DNA of 64,000 nt from Candidatus Dormiibacterota bacterium (GCA_035552595.1 DASZKZ010000021.1:17729-81728), one strand, 5' to 3'. Shown: positions 1-12,285, numbered from the stretch's first letter. Translations and numbers: made by a program. The notes: generated by a model from the letters alone, not told the origin.

Positions 1-96
1 GCGGTCGAGCGCCCGACGCTTCTACGAAGCTCGCGGCTGCGTCGCCTTCGGCGAGGGCAGCTTCGAGGTGGCGGGCCATCGCGAACCCGCCGTCGG

Positions 97-636
97 CTAT
101 GCCCTGGACATCTCCGCCGCGCCCGCCTCGGCTCGGTGGGAGTCGATCTCGACGCGATAGCCGATGCGCTGGATCTCCTTGGGCTGGAGCGGGTCGTCGG
201 GGGCGTAGCCGCTGTAGAGCACGGACTCGACGGGCCGGCGCAGGATCCTGCGCTCCGCTCCGGCGCGATCGAAGGAGTGCCGGACGTGGTCGAGGCGGAG
301 CAGCACCAACGCCGCGATGGCGCTGACCATGGCCACAAGCGCGACCTTGAGCCCCGCGGCGGCGTACAGACCGCTGGTCGCGATCACCAGGGATTCGACG
401 AGCACGATGGCCCGCCGGCTGCCGGTCCGGAGCCGTCCCAGGCGCAGCACCAGGGCGCCTTCGAAGACCCCGGCGGCGACCACCCAGACGGCCAGGCCGC
501 TCCAGGTTGTGGCGCCAGGGAGCCCGATGTGGCCGAATCCGGGGAGGTTGAGGTCGGTGGGCACCGTCGACGTGGCCGCGAGCAGCACCAGCGCCACCAC
601 CACGACGATGCGGAAGAGCAGGCACAGCTGAGCCAC
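97..636 (-). CDS. hypothetical integral membrane protein (start uncertain)
   Basis: C-terminal part of track ORF 97..816(-). Several hydrophobic helices (LCLLFRIVVVVALVLLAATS, GLAVWVVAAGVFEGALVL, AIVLVESLVIATSGLYAAAGLKVALVAMVSAIAALVLL) followed by a charged tail. No family motif recognised. Start placed at an in-frame GTG (codon 61 of the track ORF). Confidence 0.4.
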   Translation of the reverse strand: MAQLCLLFRIVVVVALVLLAATSTVPTDLNLPGFGHIGLPGATTWSGLAVWVVAAGVFEGALVLRLGRLRTGSRRAIVLVESLVIATSGLYAAAGLKVALVAMVSAIAALVLLRLDHVRHSFDRAGAERRILRRPVESVLYSGYAPDDPLQPKEIQRIGYRVEIDSHRAEAGAAEMSRA

Positions 637-878
637 CCTGACCGCGGCCGGCGGGATGCACAGTCGGCGCGGGGACCGGGGCACCCCGAGCGGGCGCCGG
701 AGTTGCGGGGTCGAGCGGTTCACAGCAGATGCAGCGTAGATCCGCGGCCAGCGACGGAGATGGCGAGAATGTGACGGGCAGCGCACGACCCATCGGTGGA
801 TCGCATGGCCCGCCACCGATCCGTGACACGCGGGGACGGCAGCGCAGGTGGTCCCGGGCTGATACGTTGCGAGCGGCG

Positions 879-1604
879 ATGGAGAGGCAGATGCACGCGG
901 TCAACAGCGCCGGGTTCGCGGCTCCCGCCGGGCTCACTGCCCTGCCCGTGGTCCTGGCGCCCGTGACCGGACAGCTGCACGTGCTCCTGGTGCGACGGGA
1001 GGAGGAGCCACAAGCCGGCATGTGGTCGCTTCCCGGCGGCTTCATGAGCGAGAACGAGCGCCCCGAGGAGACCGCCCAGCGCAAGCTGACCGAGAAGACC
1101 GGTGTCGGCGCCGTCTACATGGAACAGCTCCAGACGTACGGCGATCCTCATCGGGATCCCCGCGGATGGATCCCGTCGGTCGCCTACCTGGGGCTCATCG
1201 ACGCCGCGGTGCTGCGCGAGCAGGAGTCGGCCGCCCGCTGGTTTCCCGTCGACGCGCTGCCGGAGCTGGCCTTCGACCACGCGGCCGTGATCGCCGACTC
1301 CGTCGAGCGGCTGCGCGGCAAGGTCTGGTGGTCGAACATCGCTGTCGGGCTGCTCCCCGAGCAGTTCACCATGCCCCAGGCGCGGCGCGTGTTCGAAGCC
1401 ATCAGCGGGGTGACCTACGAGCCGTCCAACTTCCGCCGCGGGCTCGAGCAGTCGGGACTGGTGCGGGCCACCGGCCGGGTTGTCAAGAACGGGCCGGGGC
1501 GGCCGGCGGCACTCTACGAGTTCGTCGACCGGCAGCCGGCGTGGAGCACCCGCCGCAGGGCCATGACGCCCCGCTCGAGCCGGGTCGTGGTGCGGGCTCT
1601 GTAG
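879..1604 (+). CDS. nrtR: NrtR-family Nudix-related transcriptional regulator (Nudix domain plus C-terminal winged helix)
   Basis: Track ORF 729..1604, with start moved to ATG 879 (MERQMH). Nudix fold with a degenerate box GGFMSENERPEETAQRKLTEKTG (REx2EE replaced by RKx2EK). LQTYGDPHRDPRGW is present, and the C-terminal LPEQFTMPQARRVFEAI...GRPAALYEF resembles the NrtR DNA-binding domain. Confidence 0.65.
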   Translation: MERQMHAVNSAGFAAPAGLTALPVVLAPVTGQLHVLLVRREEEPQAGMWSLPGGFMSENERPEETAQRKLTEKTGVGAVYMEQLQTYGDPHRDPRGWIPSVAYLGLIDAAVLREQESAARWFPVDALPELAFDHAAVIADSVERLRGKVWWSNIAVGLLPEQFTMPQARRVFEAISGVTYEPSNFRRGLEQSGLVRATGRVVKNGPGRPAALYEFVDRQPAWSTRRRAMTPRSSRVVVRAL

Positions 1605-1606
1605 GC

Positions 1607-2689
1607 CTACGCTCCCGGTCTTTCCACCAGGGTGGCGTTGAGGGTGATCGCTTTGCCTGCCCGGTGTACGGTGCACACGATCGTGTCGCCGACGTGGTGC
1701 GGCTGGATCAGCCCGCCCAGGGTGACCCCGTTGTCGATGGCCACGCCGTCGATGGCCACGAGGACGTCGCCGGCGGCGAGGCCGGCCTTGGCGGCGGGCG
1801 TCCCCGAGCTCACCGACTTGATGTAGACGCCCGGTCCGTCGAAGGGTGTGCCGTTCTCGATGGCGGCGATGCTGGTCAGGTAGTCGACCCCGAGGAAGGG
1901 GTGCTGCACCTTCTGGTGAGCGATCAGAGTCTCGGCGACGTAGCGGGCCAGGTCGGCGGGGATGCTGTAGCCGATGCTGGTGGCGTTGCCCGCGGTGGCA
2001 ACGTTGACCCCCACCACGCTGCCGGCGGTGTCGGCGAGCGGTCCGCCACTGTTGCCGGGGTTGATGGAGGCGTCTGTCTGGAGCACGTCCTCCAGCGTCT
2101 CCGACGAAGATCCGGCCTCGCCCGAGGCGGTGATGGTCCGGTGCAGAGCGCTGATCACCCCGACGGTGACGGAGCCCTGGTCACCGAGGGGGGAACCGAT
2201 GGCGATGACCCCCTCTCCCACGGAGAGCTTCGCCGAGGTGCCGAAGGTGGCCTGCGGCAGCGTCGTGCTGGGCACGCTGACCACGGCGATGTCGTCGAGG
2301 GGGTCGGTGCCCACCAGCGTGGCCTTGAACTGGTGCCCGTCGGGCATGACCACGTGGAGCGCGCTGGCGCCGGTGACCACGTGGTTGTTGGTGACCAGGT
2401 AGCTGACCGAGGAATCCCTGGCCATCACGAACCCGCTGCCCAGGGCGTTGGAGCTCTGCAGGGTGGCGACGATGGTTCCCACCGCGGGGCCGAGCTGGTT
2501 GGCCACCTCCATCGCGGCCACCGTGGGTGCCTTGGCCGGGCTGCCGTTGACCTGGACCTCGGCGATGCTCGAGCCGCCCCGGTCGCGGAGCGCCGCGAAG
2601 ACGACCAGGCCGCCGACCAGCAGGCCGGCGAGGAGCAGCGCCAGCCCGCCCCGCCAGCCCGGTCCGGGCCGGCGGCGGGGCGCGTCCAC
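1607..2689 (-). CDS. htrA: HtrA/DegP-family S1C serine protease with N-terminal membrane anchor and PDZ domain
   Basis: TM segment LALLLAGLLVGGLVVF. Catalytic His context VTNNHVV and Ser context GNSGGPL. C-terminal PDZ-like GVYIKSVSSGTPAAKAGLAAGDVLVAIDG. Confidence 0.9.
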   Translation of the reverse strand: MDAPRRRPGPGWRGGLALLLAGLLVGGLVVFAALRDRGGSSIAEVQVNGSPAKAPTVAAMEVANQLGPAVGTIVATLQSSNALGSGFVMARDSSVSYLVTNNHVVTGASALHVVMPDGHQFKATLVGTDPLDDIAVVSVPSTTLPQATFGTSAKLSVGEGVIAIGSPLGDQGSVTVGVISALHRTITASGEAGSSSETLEDVLQTDASINPGNSGGPLADTAGSVVGVNVATAGNATSIGYSIPADLARYVAETLIAHQKVQHPFLGVDYLTSIAAIENGTPFDGPGVYIKSVSSGTPAAKAGLAAGDVLVAIDGVAIDNGVTLGGLIQPHHVGDTIVCTVHRAGKAITLNATLVERPGA

Positions 2690-2802
2690 CGGCTCTGAGC
2701 GCGCATCCTCGCGAGAGAGATACCCAGGCTCATCGAGCCGCCACTCCGGCGGAGACGGCGGCGGCGGCGGGATGGTTCCCTCAATCTGGTCGATGGCGCC
2801 TA

Positions 2803-3903
2803 TTGTGGCCCGCGCATGCCGCTCAGCGCCCTCTCCCTCGGGACACCGTGAGCCGACTCACCTGCGCGCTCGGACCCGACGCCGCGGGCACTCTGCTGCA
2901 TCGGTTCGTGGACGCCGCCACGGCGCGGCTCGACGTCGCCGTCTACGAGGCGGGCCCCAGCTACGGCTGGATGTTTCCCCGCGCCGTGGAGCGCGGGGTG
3001 CGGGTGCGGCTGCTGCTCGACGGGCACGGCGGGGCCAACCAGGGGTGCTTCGAGGAGCTCCGCGCGGCGCGCGAGCGCGGCGTCCTGGTGCCCTGCCGGG
3101 TGCGGCGTCACGACGGTCTGCGCGAGGCCCACTGGAAGCTCCTCGTGGCCGACGCCGACCGCCTCGCCGTGGGCACCGGCAACCTCATCGAGCGCGATGC
3201 CCCGGCCGACCGGCACGGACGGCTGCCTCCCGAGGCGCCACCACTGGTCGGGACGCGGGAGTGGTGGGCGTTCGTCGAGGGCGCCCCCAGCCTCGCCGCC
3301 GCGGCGCGGTCGCGGATCACCGCGGTGTGGCGGGAGGCGACCGAGCCGCCGGCGGTGTGGGCCGTCGAACGGAGGGCCGAGGCTCCCCCGGTGGGGGCAC
3401 CGCAGCCCAGCGTCGCGCCTCTCGAGGTCGAGGTCTCGCCGCGCCGCCTCCAGCTCGCCATGGATGCGCGCGCGGTGCTCACCGCCATCGAGGCCATGCT
3501 GGAGAGCGCCAAGCGACGCTGCCTGGTGACGGTGCCGTACATGCACACCTGGGCGCACGAGGTGCGGCCGCTCCTGGAGCGGCTCGCCGAGCTTCGCCAC
3601 GAGGGCGCCGACGTCCGGGTGCTGCTCGGCTCCCCCCCGGCCGGAGGCGACGCCGCCACGCTTCGTGACCGGGGAGTGCCGGCGCGGGTCATGGACCCGA
3701 AGCGCTGCACCACCGGCCACGCCAAGGGCATGGTGGTCGACCGCAGCACCCTGGTGATGTCGTCGAACTGGAGCGCCGGGGGATTGGGCACGTCGCTGGA
3801 GGCGGGCCTGCGCATCGACCACGCCGCCGCCAGCGCCTACTTCGCCGACGCCTTCGAGAGGGATTGGGCGGTCGCCGAGCCCGCCTGGAACGGCCGCGGT
3901 TGA
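2803..3903 (+). CDS. phospholipase D-like protein with two HKD motifs
   Basis: Two HKD motifs: HWKLLVADADRLAVGTGN and HAKGMVVDRSTLVMSSN. GTG start. Confidence 0.8.
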   Translation: MWPAHAAQRPLPRDTVSRLTCALGPDAAGTLLHRFVDAATARLDVAVYEAGPSYGWMFPRAVERGVRVRLLLDGHGGANQGCFEELRAARERGVLVPCRVRRHDGLREAHWKLLVADADRLAVGTGNLIERDAPADRHGRLPPEAPPLVGTREWWAFVEGAPSLAAAARSRITAVWREATEPPAVWAVERRAEAPPVGAPQPSVAPLEVEVSPRRLQLAMDARAVLTAIEAMLESAKRRCLVTVPYMHTWAHEVRPLLERLAELRHEGADVRVLLGSPPAGGDAATLRDRGVPARVMDPKRCTTGHAKGMVVDRSTLVMSSNWSAGGLGTSLEAGLRIDHAAASAYFADAFERDWAVAEPAWNGRG

Positions 3904-3931
3904 GGTGAAGGAGCGGGGGTATCCTTGATCG

Positions 3932-6516
<2,585 letters not shown>

Positions 6517-6517
<1 letters not shown>

Positions 6518-7170
6518 TGGTGGACACGCTCCGCGACCTGGTCGAGCTGGCGGTCGTGGTCGACCCCGTGTACGACCAGAACTGCTACGTGTTGCACCGT
6601 CGCGACAGCGACGCCGCCATCGTCGTCGACCCCGGCCTGCAGAGTGCCCGGGCCCTGCAGCTGCTGGAGGTGCAGGGCTGGCGCTGCGAGCGCATCCTGC
6701 TCACCCACGGCCACGGCGACCACGTCAACGGGGTTCCCGCCCTGGTGGCCGCGCACGGCTGCCGGGTCGCGCTCCACCCCGACGACCGCGAACAGCTGGC
6801 CACCATGCGCTTCCTTCCCGGCATCCCCGAGGACGTCCCCGACGTGGTCGTCGACGACGACCTCAGCGACGGCCAGGTGATCGCCTGGCATGGCGTCGAC
6901 ATCGGGGTGGTGCACACGCCGGGCCACACCCGGGGCTCGGTGTGCTTCCTGGCCGGCGTCGACCTGCTCAGCGGGGACACGCTCTTCCGGCGCGGAGTCG
7001 GCCGGGCCGACCTTCCCGGCGGTGACTGGCAGACGCTGCTGGTCAGCATCGAGACGCGGGTCTACGCGATGGCGCCCGACACCGTGGTCCATCCCGGGCA
7101 CGGCCCGGCGACCACCATCGCCGAGGAGATGGCGTCCAACCCCTTCGTGGTGCATCCCCGCTACCGCTGA
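6517..7170 (+). CDS. MBL-fold metallo-hydrolase (glyoxalase II-like)
   Basis: THGHGDH metal motif and later HTPGHT. The ATG overlaps the lon stop (TGATG). Confidence 0.85.
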
Positions 7171-7754
7171 GGGCCGGACGGCGCCTCCTGGCCGGCCACG
7201 CGAGCCATCAGCTCGAAGAGGATCGCCCCGGTCACTCCCCAGATGACGGTGCCACCCGCCTCATAGAAATGGACCTCGCGGACGACGCCCTGGCCGGCAA
7301 GCGTCCGGGTCGTGTGGGGTGCATCGATCAGGCTCTGCAGGTCGACGCGGAACAGCCGTGCCACCTCGAACGGCTCTGGGCGGGGCTCGAACTCGGTGTG
7401 CTGCAAGCCCACCACCGGGGTCAGCCAGTTGTCCGAAGTTGCCGTCAGAAATGGCGGCAACAGTCCGACCACCTCCACCGCCGCTGGGGGAACCGCGGCC
7501 TCCTCCTCGGCCTCGCGCAGGGCGGTGGCCACGATGGTGCGGTCGCCGGGCTCCCCGCCGCCTCCGGGGAAGCCGATCTGGCCGGCGTGATGGCGGAGGT
7601 GGGCTGTGCGTTCCAGGAAGAGCAGCGGCAGGCGCGGATCGCGGACGTCGAAGAGGAGAAGCACGGCAGCGGTGCGGCTGTCCGGCGGCGCCGCCTGGTG
7701 CACGGCGTCGAGTGGGTCGACGGCACTGCGCAGGCGCTGTTCGAGGCTGCCCAT
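7161..7754 (-). CDS. Nudix hydrolase, CoA pyrophosphatase-like
   Basis: Distal part of track ORF 7161..8129(-), with start set at ATG (MGSLEQRL). Nudix box FPGGGGEPGDRTIVATALREAEEEAAV resembles the NudL/CoA-pyrophosphatase type. Confidence 0.7.
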   Translation of the reverse strand: MGSLEQRLRSAVDPLDAVHQAAPPDSRTAAVLLLFDVRDPRLPLLFLERTAHLRHHAGQIGFPGGGGEPGDRTIVATALREAEEEAAVPPAAVEVVGLLPPFLTATSDNWLTPVVGLQHTEFEPRPEPFEVARLFRVDLQSLIDAPHTTRTLAGQGVVREVHFYEAGGTVIWGVTGAILFELMARVAGQEAPSGPQR

Positions 7755-7875
7755 CGCCTCACTGTAGGCGACGGCCGCGGCGGGCCAGCCTGGCGGAACC
7801 GTACGCTTGACCTCGGTGGCGTCGGTCACGCGCTGAGCAAGCCCGGGTCCATGTCGGTGAAGGAGATCTGAGCAC

Positions 7876-8184
7876 GTGCAACGACGGGCAAAAGGAGGCG
7901 GCGGAGATCGCGCGGATGGTGCGGGACCGCGTCCGTGCCCGCAGTGCGGCGCTCCGCTGCGGGTCTCGCACCTGGAGTACGCGGGGGCGGGCGCCAGCAC
8001 GGTGGTGCTGCGCTGCGCGGCCTGCGGACACAGTCTCAGAGGGGCGACGCGCCGCGATGCCGATCGGCAGCCGCGCAACCGGGGCCGGTCGCGACGCCAC
8101 CAACCCGTCGACGAGGGCCCGCCGACCAATCCCGTGCTCGATGCCGAGGTGGCGCGCCGACTCCTCGAGGATCTCGGCGGCTGA
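7876..8184 (+). CDS. small zinc-ribbon protein (102 aa)
   Basis: GTG start with AAGGAG about 10 nt upstream. Four-Cys ribbon CPQCG...(24 aa)...CAACG, an Arg-rich middle and an acidic C-terminus. No family recognised. Confidence 0.5.
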   Translation: MQRRAKGGGGDRADGAGPRPCPQCGAPLRVSHLEYAGAGASTVVLRCAACGHSLRGATRRDADRQPRNRGRSRRHQPVDEGPPTNPVLDAEVARRLLEDLGG

Positions 8185-8186
8185 GA

Positions 8187-9002
8187 TCAGCGGGACGCGG
8201 ACGCCGTGCCCGGCGGTGCGCTCACCGAGCGCGAGTGACCCTCGAACCACTCCAGGACCGCCGCGTTGATCTGGTCGCGGTCGATGTCGACGCTCATGCC
8301 GTGCCCGCTGCGCGGAAAGATCCGGCGGCGCACCTCCCGGCTGCAGACCAGGCGCCGCTCGATCTCAGAGGCGTTGGCGGGATCGATGGTGCGGTCGCGG
8401 CCACCGTGGAGCACGAGCACCGGCGCGCGGATGGCCGCCAGCTCGTCGCGCACCGAACCGATGAGGCGGACGAACTCGTGGATGGAGCGCATCGGACGGC
8501 GTCCGTGGGAGTAGAGCTCGTCGGTGGCGGCGAGGTCGTAGAGGTCGATGTCGCGTCCCGGGCTCTGCCAGCGGACCAGGCGCCGCGCCACCGGGACGGC
8601 TCGGGCGGCCAGGCTGGACAGCCAGATGGGAGCCGCCAGGGTGGCCACCGCGGCGATGCGGAGGTCGGTGGCGGCGAGGTGGAGCGCGATCGTCCCACCC
8701 ATCGACTGGCCGGCCACCATGACCTCGTCGCACTCGCGCGCCAGCGAGTCGAGCTCCTCCTGAGCCGAGGCGATCCAGTCCCGCCGGACCGTCGCCTCGA
8801 GCGCCTCGGGGGTGGTGGCGTGCCCGGCCAGCGCCGGCCCCCGGCAGCGGAAGCCGTGGCCGGCGAGGTGGTCGCCGAGACGGCGCAGCTCCGGCGGGGT
8901 CCCGGCGAAACCGTGGAGGAGGAGGACACCACGCCGCCCCTCGCCGAGCGTCCAGGGACGCACGGCCTCGGGGTCGAACGGTGTCAGGCTGCGCGCGGTC
9001 AT
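8187..9002 (-). CDS. alpha/beta hydrolase (carboxylesterase/monoacylglycerol-lipase-like)
   Basis: Distal 271 aa of track ORF 8187..9701(-), with start at ATG (MTARSLTPF). LLLHGFAG oxyanion region, GQSMGG nucleophile elbow, HGGRD and SGHG near the C-terminus. Confidence 0.8.
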   Translation of the reverse strand: MTARSLTPFDPEAVRPWTLGEGRRGVLLLHGFAGTPPELRRLGDHLAGHGFRCRGPALAGHATTPEALEATVRRDWIASAQEELDSLARECDEVMVAGQSMGGTIALHLAATDLRIAAVATLAAPIWLSSLAARAVPVARRLVRWQSPGRDIDLYDLAATDELYSHGRRPMRSIHEFVRLIGSVRDELAAIRAPVLVLHGGRDRTIDPANASEIERRLVCSREVRRRIFPRSGHGMSVDIDRDQINAAVLEWFEGHSRSVSAPPGTASASR

Positions 9003-9050
9003 GGGCGGCCGAGTATATGGCCGGCCCGCGGATGCTACCGTCGCGACCAC

Positions 9051-10070
9051 GTGACCGATGAGCTGATGCGCGATGCGCTGGAGAGGATCGTCGGCGGCGC
9101 CACCCTGGATGTCCCGACCGCGCGTGCCGTCATGGACGTGGTCATGGACGGCAGCGCGACCGCCGCACAGATCGGCGCGCTGCTGGCCACCCTGCGGATG
9201 CGCGGCGAAACCGTCGACGAGCTCACCGGCATGGTGATGTCGATGCGCGACCACGCCACCCCTGTCGACCTCGAGCCTGGCGCGGTGGACACCTGCGGGA
9301 CCGGCGGCGACGGCAGCAACACGTTCAACATCTCCACCGCGGCGGCGCTGGTGGCGGCCGCGGCGGGGTGCCGGGTGGCCAAGCATGGCAACCGGGCGGC
9401 CTCGTCGCGATGCGGCAGCGCCGACGTGCTCGAGGAGCTGGGCGTGCGGGTGGCGCTCGACGCCGCCCGCGTGCGCCGCTGCGTCGAGGAGGCCAGCATG
9501 GGATTCATCTTCGCGCCGGCCTTCCACCCGGCGATGCGCCACGCCGGCCCGGTGCGGGGGCAGCTGGGGTTCCGCACCGTCTTCAACGTGCTCGGGCCCC
9601 TGGCCAGCCCGGCTCGGGTGCGCCACCAGGCGCTCGGGGTGGCGGGCAGCGTGCCCGTCTCCGTCATGGCCGCCGTGCTGCACCAGCTGGGGCACAAGCA
9701 CGCGCTGGTGTTCACCGGTCCGGGTGGGATGGACGAGATCGGGCTCGACTCCGTGACCTGTGGCTACGAGGTCACGGAGAGCGGGCTGCGCGAGCTCGAG
9801 ATCGACCCTCAGGGCCTGGGACTTGGCACCGCTCCGCGCCAGGCGCTGGCGGGGGGTGACGCGAGCGCCAACGCCACCATCGTGCGCGCGGTTCTCGACG
9901 GCGAGGCGGGCCCGCGCCGCGACGTGGTCGTTCTCAACGCCGCCGCGGCCATGGTCGCCGCCGACGTCGCCGCCGACCTCGCTGAGGGGATCGAGCGCGG
10001 TGCGGCGGCGATCGACTCCGGGGGCGCGCGCCGCACCCTGGGGCGGTTGGTGGCGGTCTCGCAGGCGTGA
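9051..10070 (+). CDS. trpD: anthranilate phosphoribosyltransferase
   Basis: Distal part of track ORF 7935..10070, with GTG start (VTDELMRDALE). Motifs GTGGDGSNTFNIST and KHGNRAASS. Confidence 0.9.
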   Translation: MTDELMRDALERIVGGATLDVPTARAVMDVVMDGSATAAQIGALLATLRMRGETVDELTGMVMSMRDHATPVDLEPGAVDTCGTGGDGSNTFNISTAAALVAAAAGCRVAKHGNRAASSRCGSADVLEELGVRVALDAARVRRCVEEASMGFIFAPAFHPAMRHAGPVRGQLGFRTVFNVLGPLASPARVRHQALGVAGSVPVSVMAAVLHQLGHKHALVFTGPGGMDEIGLDSVTCGYEVTESGLRELEIDPQGLGLGTAPRQALAGGDASANATIVRAVLDGEAGPRRDVVVLNAAAAMVAADVAADLAEGIERGAAAIDSGGARRTLGRLVAVSQA

Positions 10071-10110
10071 TCACCCGGGGCAGGAGTGCTGACGGCGCCG
10101 AGGTGGACGG

Positions 10111-10806
10111 GTGAGCCGAGGCGGCGATCTGCTCCGCCTCCAGGAGACCGACACCCGCCTCGCCGGTGACCGCTCCCGGCTCGCCGAGGTGGAGGCGCGC
10201 ATCGCCGCCGACCCGGAGCTCGACTCACGCCGGCGCGAGGCACGACGGCTGCGCCGCGAGCAGACGGCAGCCGACGAGGCCCTGGCCGCCGTCGAGCAGC
10301 AGGTGGAGGGGATGCGCCGGCGGGCGCGCGAGCTCAACCGGCAGCTCTACAGCGGATCGGTGCGCAATCCCCAGGAGCTGCTCGGCATGCAGCACGACCT
10401 CGACGCGCTGCGCCAGCGCGTCGACGCCGAGGACGAGCACCTCCTCGAGCTCATGGAGCGCGCCGAGTCGGCGGCGAGCGCCGACCGGGAGGCCAACGCG
10501 GCGATCGTCGATCGCGAGCGGGAGCGGGCCGGGCAGGCCGGCGAGCTGGTCGAGCAGGCGGTGGCATTCCGGGAAGCCGTCGAGCGCGACGAGCGGGATC
10601 GGGCGGAGGTGACAGAGGCGCTGGCGGCCGCCGACCTGGCCCTCTATGAGCGGCTGGCACGGCGCCTGGCTCCGGTGGTGGTGCGCATGCAGGGCGAGAG
10701 CTGCGGTGGCTGCCACATCCCCTTCGCCAACTCCGAGGTCCGCCGGATTCGCACCGCCGCCGAGCCGGTGCAGTGCTCCAACTGCGATCGCGTGGTGGTT
10801 CCGTGA
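10111..10806 (+). CDS. coiled-coil plus C4 zinc-ribbon protein (COG1579/DUF164-like)
   Basis: Long heptad-like Glu/Arg/Leu-rich region and a C-terminal CGGCH...(22 aa)...CSNC ribbon. Confidence 0.75.
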   Translation: MSRGGDLLRLQETDTRLAGDRSRLAEVEARIAADPELDSRRREARRLRREQTAADEALAAVEQQVEGMRRRARELNRQLYSGSVRNPQELLGMQHDLDALRQRVDAEDEHLLELMERAESAASADREANAAIVDRERERAGQAGELVEQAVAFREAVERDERDRAEVTEALAAADLALYERLARRLAPVVVRMQGESCGGCHIPFANSEVRRIRTAAEPVQCSNCDRVVVP

Positions 10807-11231
10807 CGGAGACGGTGGTGGCCTACACCGACGGCGCCTGCTCGGGAAACCCAGGAGCGGGAGCGTGGGCGTACCGCCTGGAGTGGCCGGACGGTGCCGT
10901 CGAGGAAGCGGCCGGCGCCGAACCGATGACCACCAACAACCGCGAGGAGCTGAAGGCGGTGCGTGAGGCGCTGCGGGCGGTGCGCGCGCGCATCGGCGAT
11001 GACCGCGGCTGGCGCATCGTGGTCCGCACCGACAGCCTCGGCGTGATCAACTGGCTGACCCGAATGTGGAAGCGCAAGGCCAACCTCGACCTCTATCCGG
11101 ACATCGACGCGCTGGTCGACGAGCGGGTGCGCTTCGAGCACGTGCGCGGCCACAGCGGCGAGCCGGGCAACGAGCGTGTCGACAGCCTGGCGGTCGCGGC
11201 GGTGGCGCGCCAGCTGGCTCGAGGACGCTAG
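10803..11231 (+). CDS. rnhA: ribonuclease HI
   Basis: The GTG start overlaps the upstream stop (GTGA). Motifs YTDGACSGNPG, TNNREELKA, RTDS and HSGEPGNERVDSLA (DEDD catalytic pattern). Confidence 0.85.
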   Translation: MTETVVAYTDGACSGNPGAGAWAYRLEWPDGAVEEAAGAEPMTTNNREELKAVREALRAVRARIGDDRGWRIVVRTDSLGVINWLTRMWKRKANLDLYPDIDALVDERVRFEHVRGHSGEPGNERVDSLAVAAVARQLARGR

Positions 11232-12283
11232 CGGAAGCTCTCTTGGAGGGCGTCGAGCTGAGCCGAGCCGGGGCACAGCTCCGCGTGGGGCAGCTGCACC
11301 AACGGACGCGGTGACGTGCCACTGAGGGCGTGCAGGTCGGGGACGGACTCGTTGAGATAGAGCAGCCCGGTGACGACCTCGCCGTCGCTGTGCTTCTGCT
11401 CGAGATATCCGGCCACGGAGGCGCGATCGGTGGGGTCGTAGTCGCCCGGGACCGACCGGAAGCGAACCTCGCTGCCGTCGTGCATCCGCACCGAGCGCAC
11501 GCCATCCCCGGGGATGGCCGCCACGATCTCCTCCTCCGGCGGGACGAAGTCGGCGACCCCGGCCTTGACGGCATGTTCGCGAGTGAAGAGATAGCTCTTG
11601 GTGGACCCCTCATGGTCGTTGAAGGTGACGCAGGGCGAGATCACGTCGATGAGAGCGAAGCCCTGGTGGGCCACCGCGGCCTTGAGGATCGGCACCAGCT
11701 GCTGCTTGTCGCCGGAGAAGCTCCGGGCCAGGAACGTGGCTCCGAGCGAGAGGCCGAGCAGGATCGGGTCGATCGGCGCCATCCGGTTGGGCTCGCCCTT
11801 CTTGGGCCTGCTCCCCACGTCGGCGGATGCGGAGAACTGACCCTTGGTCAGGCCGTACACGCCGTTGTTCTCGATCACGTACACGATGGGGACGTTGCGC
11901 CGGATGGCGTGGGAGAGGTGACCAAGTCCGATCGACAACGAATCTCCGTCTCCGGAGATCCCCACGCAGAGCAGCGCCCGGTTGGCTGCCTTGGCGCCGG
12001 TGGCGATCGCCGCCATCCGGCCGTGGGCACCGTTGAGACCGTGGGCTCCGCCGACGAAGTACGCCGGGGTCTTGCCCGAGCAGCCGATGCCGCTCATCTT
12101 GGCGAGCATGTGCGGAGGCGTCGACAGCTCCCAGAAGGTCCGAACCAGAGCCGCCGTGACCGAGTCGTGGCCGCACCCCGCGCAGAGCGTCGACATCCCT
12201 CCCTCGTAGTCGCGGATGGTGAGCCCCAACGAATTCCGCTCCATGGACGGATGTCGAGCGATCGGCTTGGTGATCGACGCCAC
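11228..12283 (-). CDS. korB: 2-oxoglutarate/2-oxoacid:ferredoxin oxidoreductase beta (TPP-binding) subunit
   Basis: CAGCGHDS, GISGDGDSLSIGLGHLSHAIRRNVPIVYVIENNGVYGLTKGQ (TPP motif). Lies 2 nt after korA. Confidence 0.9.
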   Translation of the reverse strand: MASITKPIARHPSMERNSLGLTIRDYEGGMSTLCAGCGHDSVTAALVRTFWELSTPPHMLAKMSGIGCSGKTPAYFVGGAHGLNGAHGRMAAIATGAKAANRALLCVGISGDGDSLSIGLGHLSHAIRRNVPIVYVIENNGVYGLTKGQFSASADVGSRPKKGEPNRMAPIDPILLGLSLGATFLARSFSGDKQQLVPILKAAVAHQGFALIDVISPCVTFNDHEGSTKSYLFTREHAVKAGVADFVPPEEEIVAAIPGDGVRSVRMHDGSEVRFRSVPGDYDPTDRASVAGYLEQKHSDGEVVTGLLYLNESVPDLHALSGTSPRPLVQLPHAELCPGSAQLDALQESFR

Positions 12284-12285
12284 GA

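Noticed and set aside
1-79. Possible 5' end of a minus-strand gene (MARHLEAALAEGDAAASFVEASGARP...) leaving the window
   Set aside because: Only 26 codons are visible and there is no motif, so it cannot be supported as a feature.
7935-9701. Very long N-terminal extensions of the trpD ORF (711 aa) and the esterase ORF (504 aa)
   Set aside because: The two extensions overlap each other on opposite strands and are Arg/Gly/Pro/His-rich. Conserved TrpD and alpha/beta-hydrolase N-termini begin at GTG 9051 and ATG 9002 respectively.
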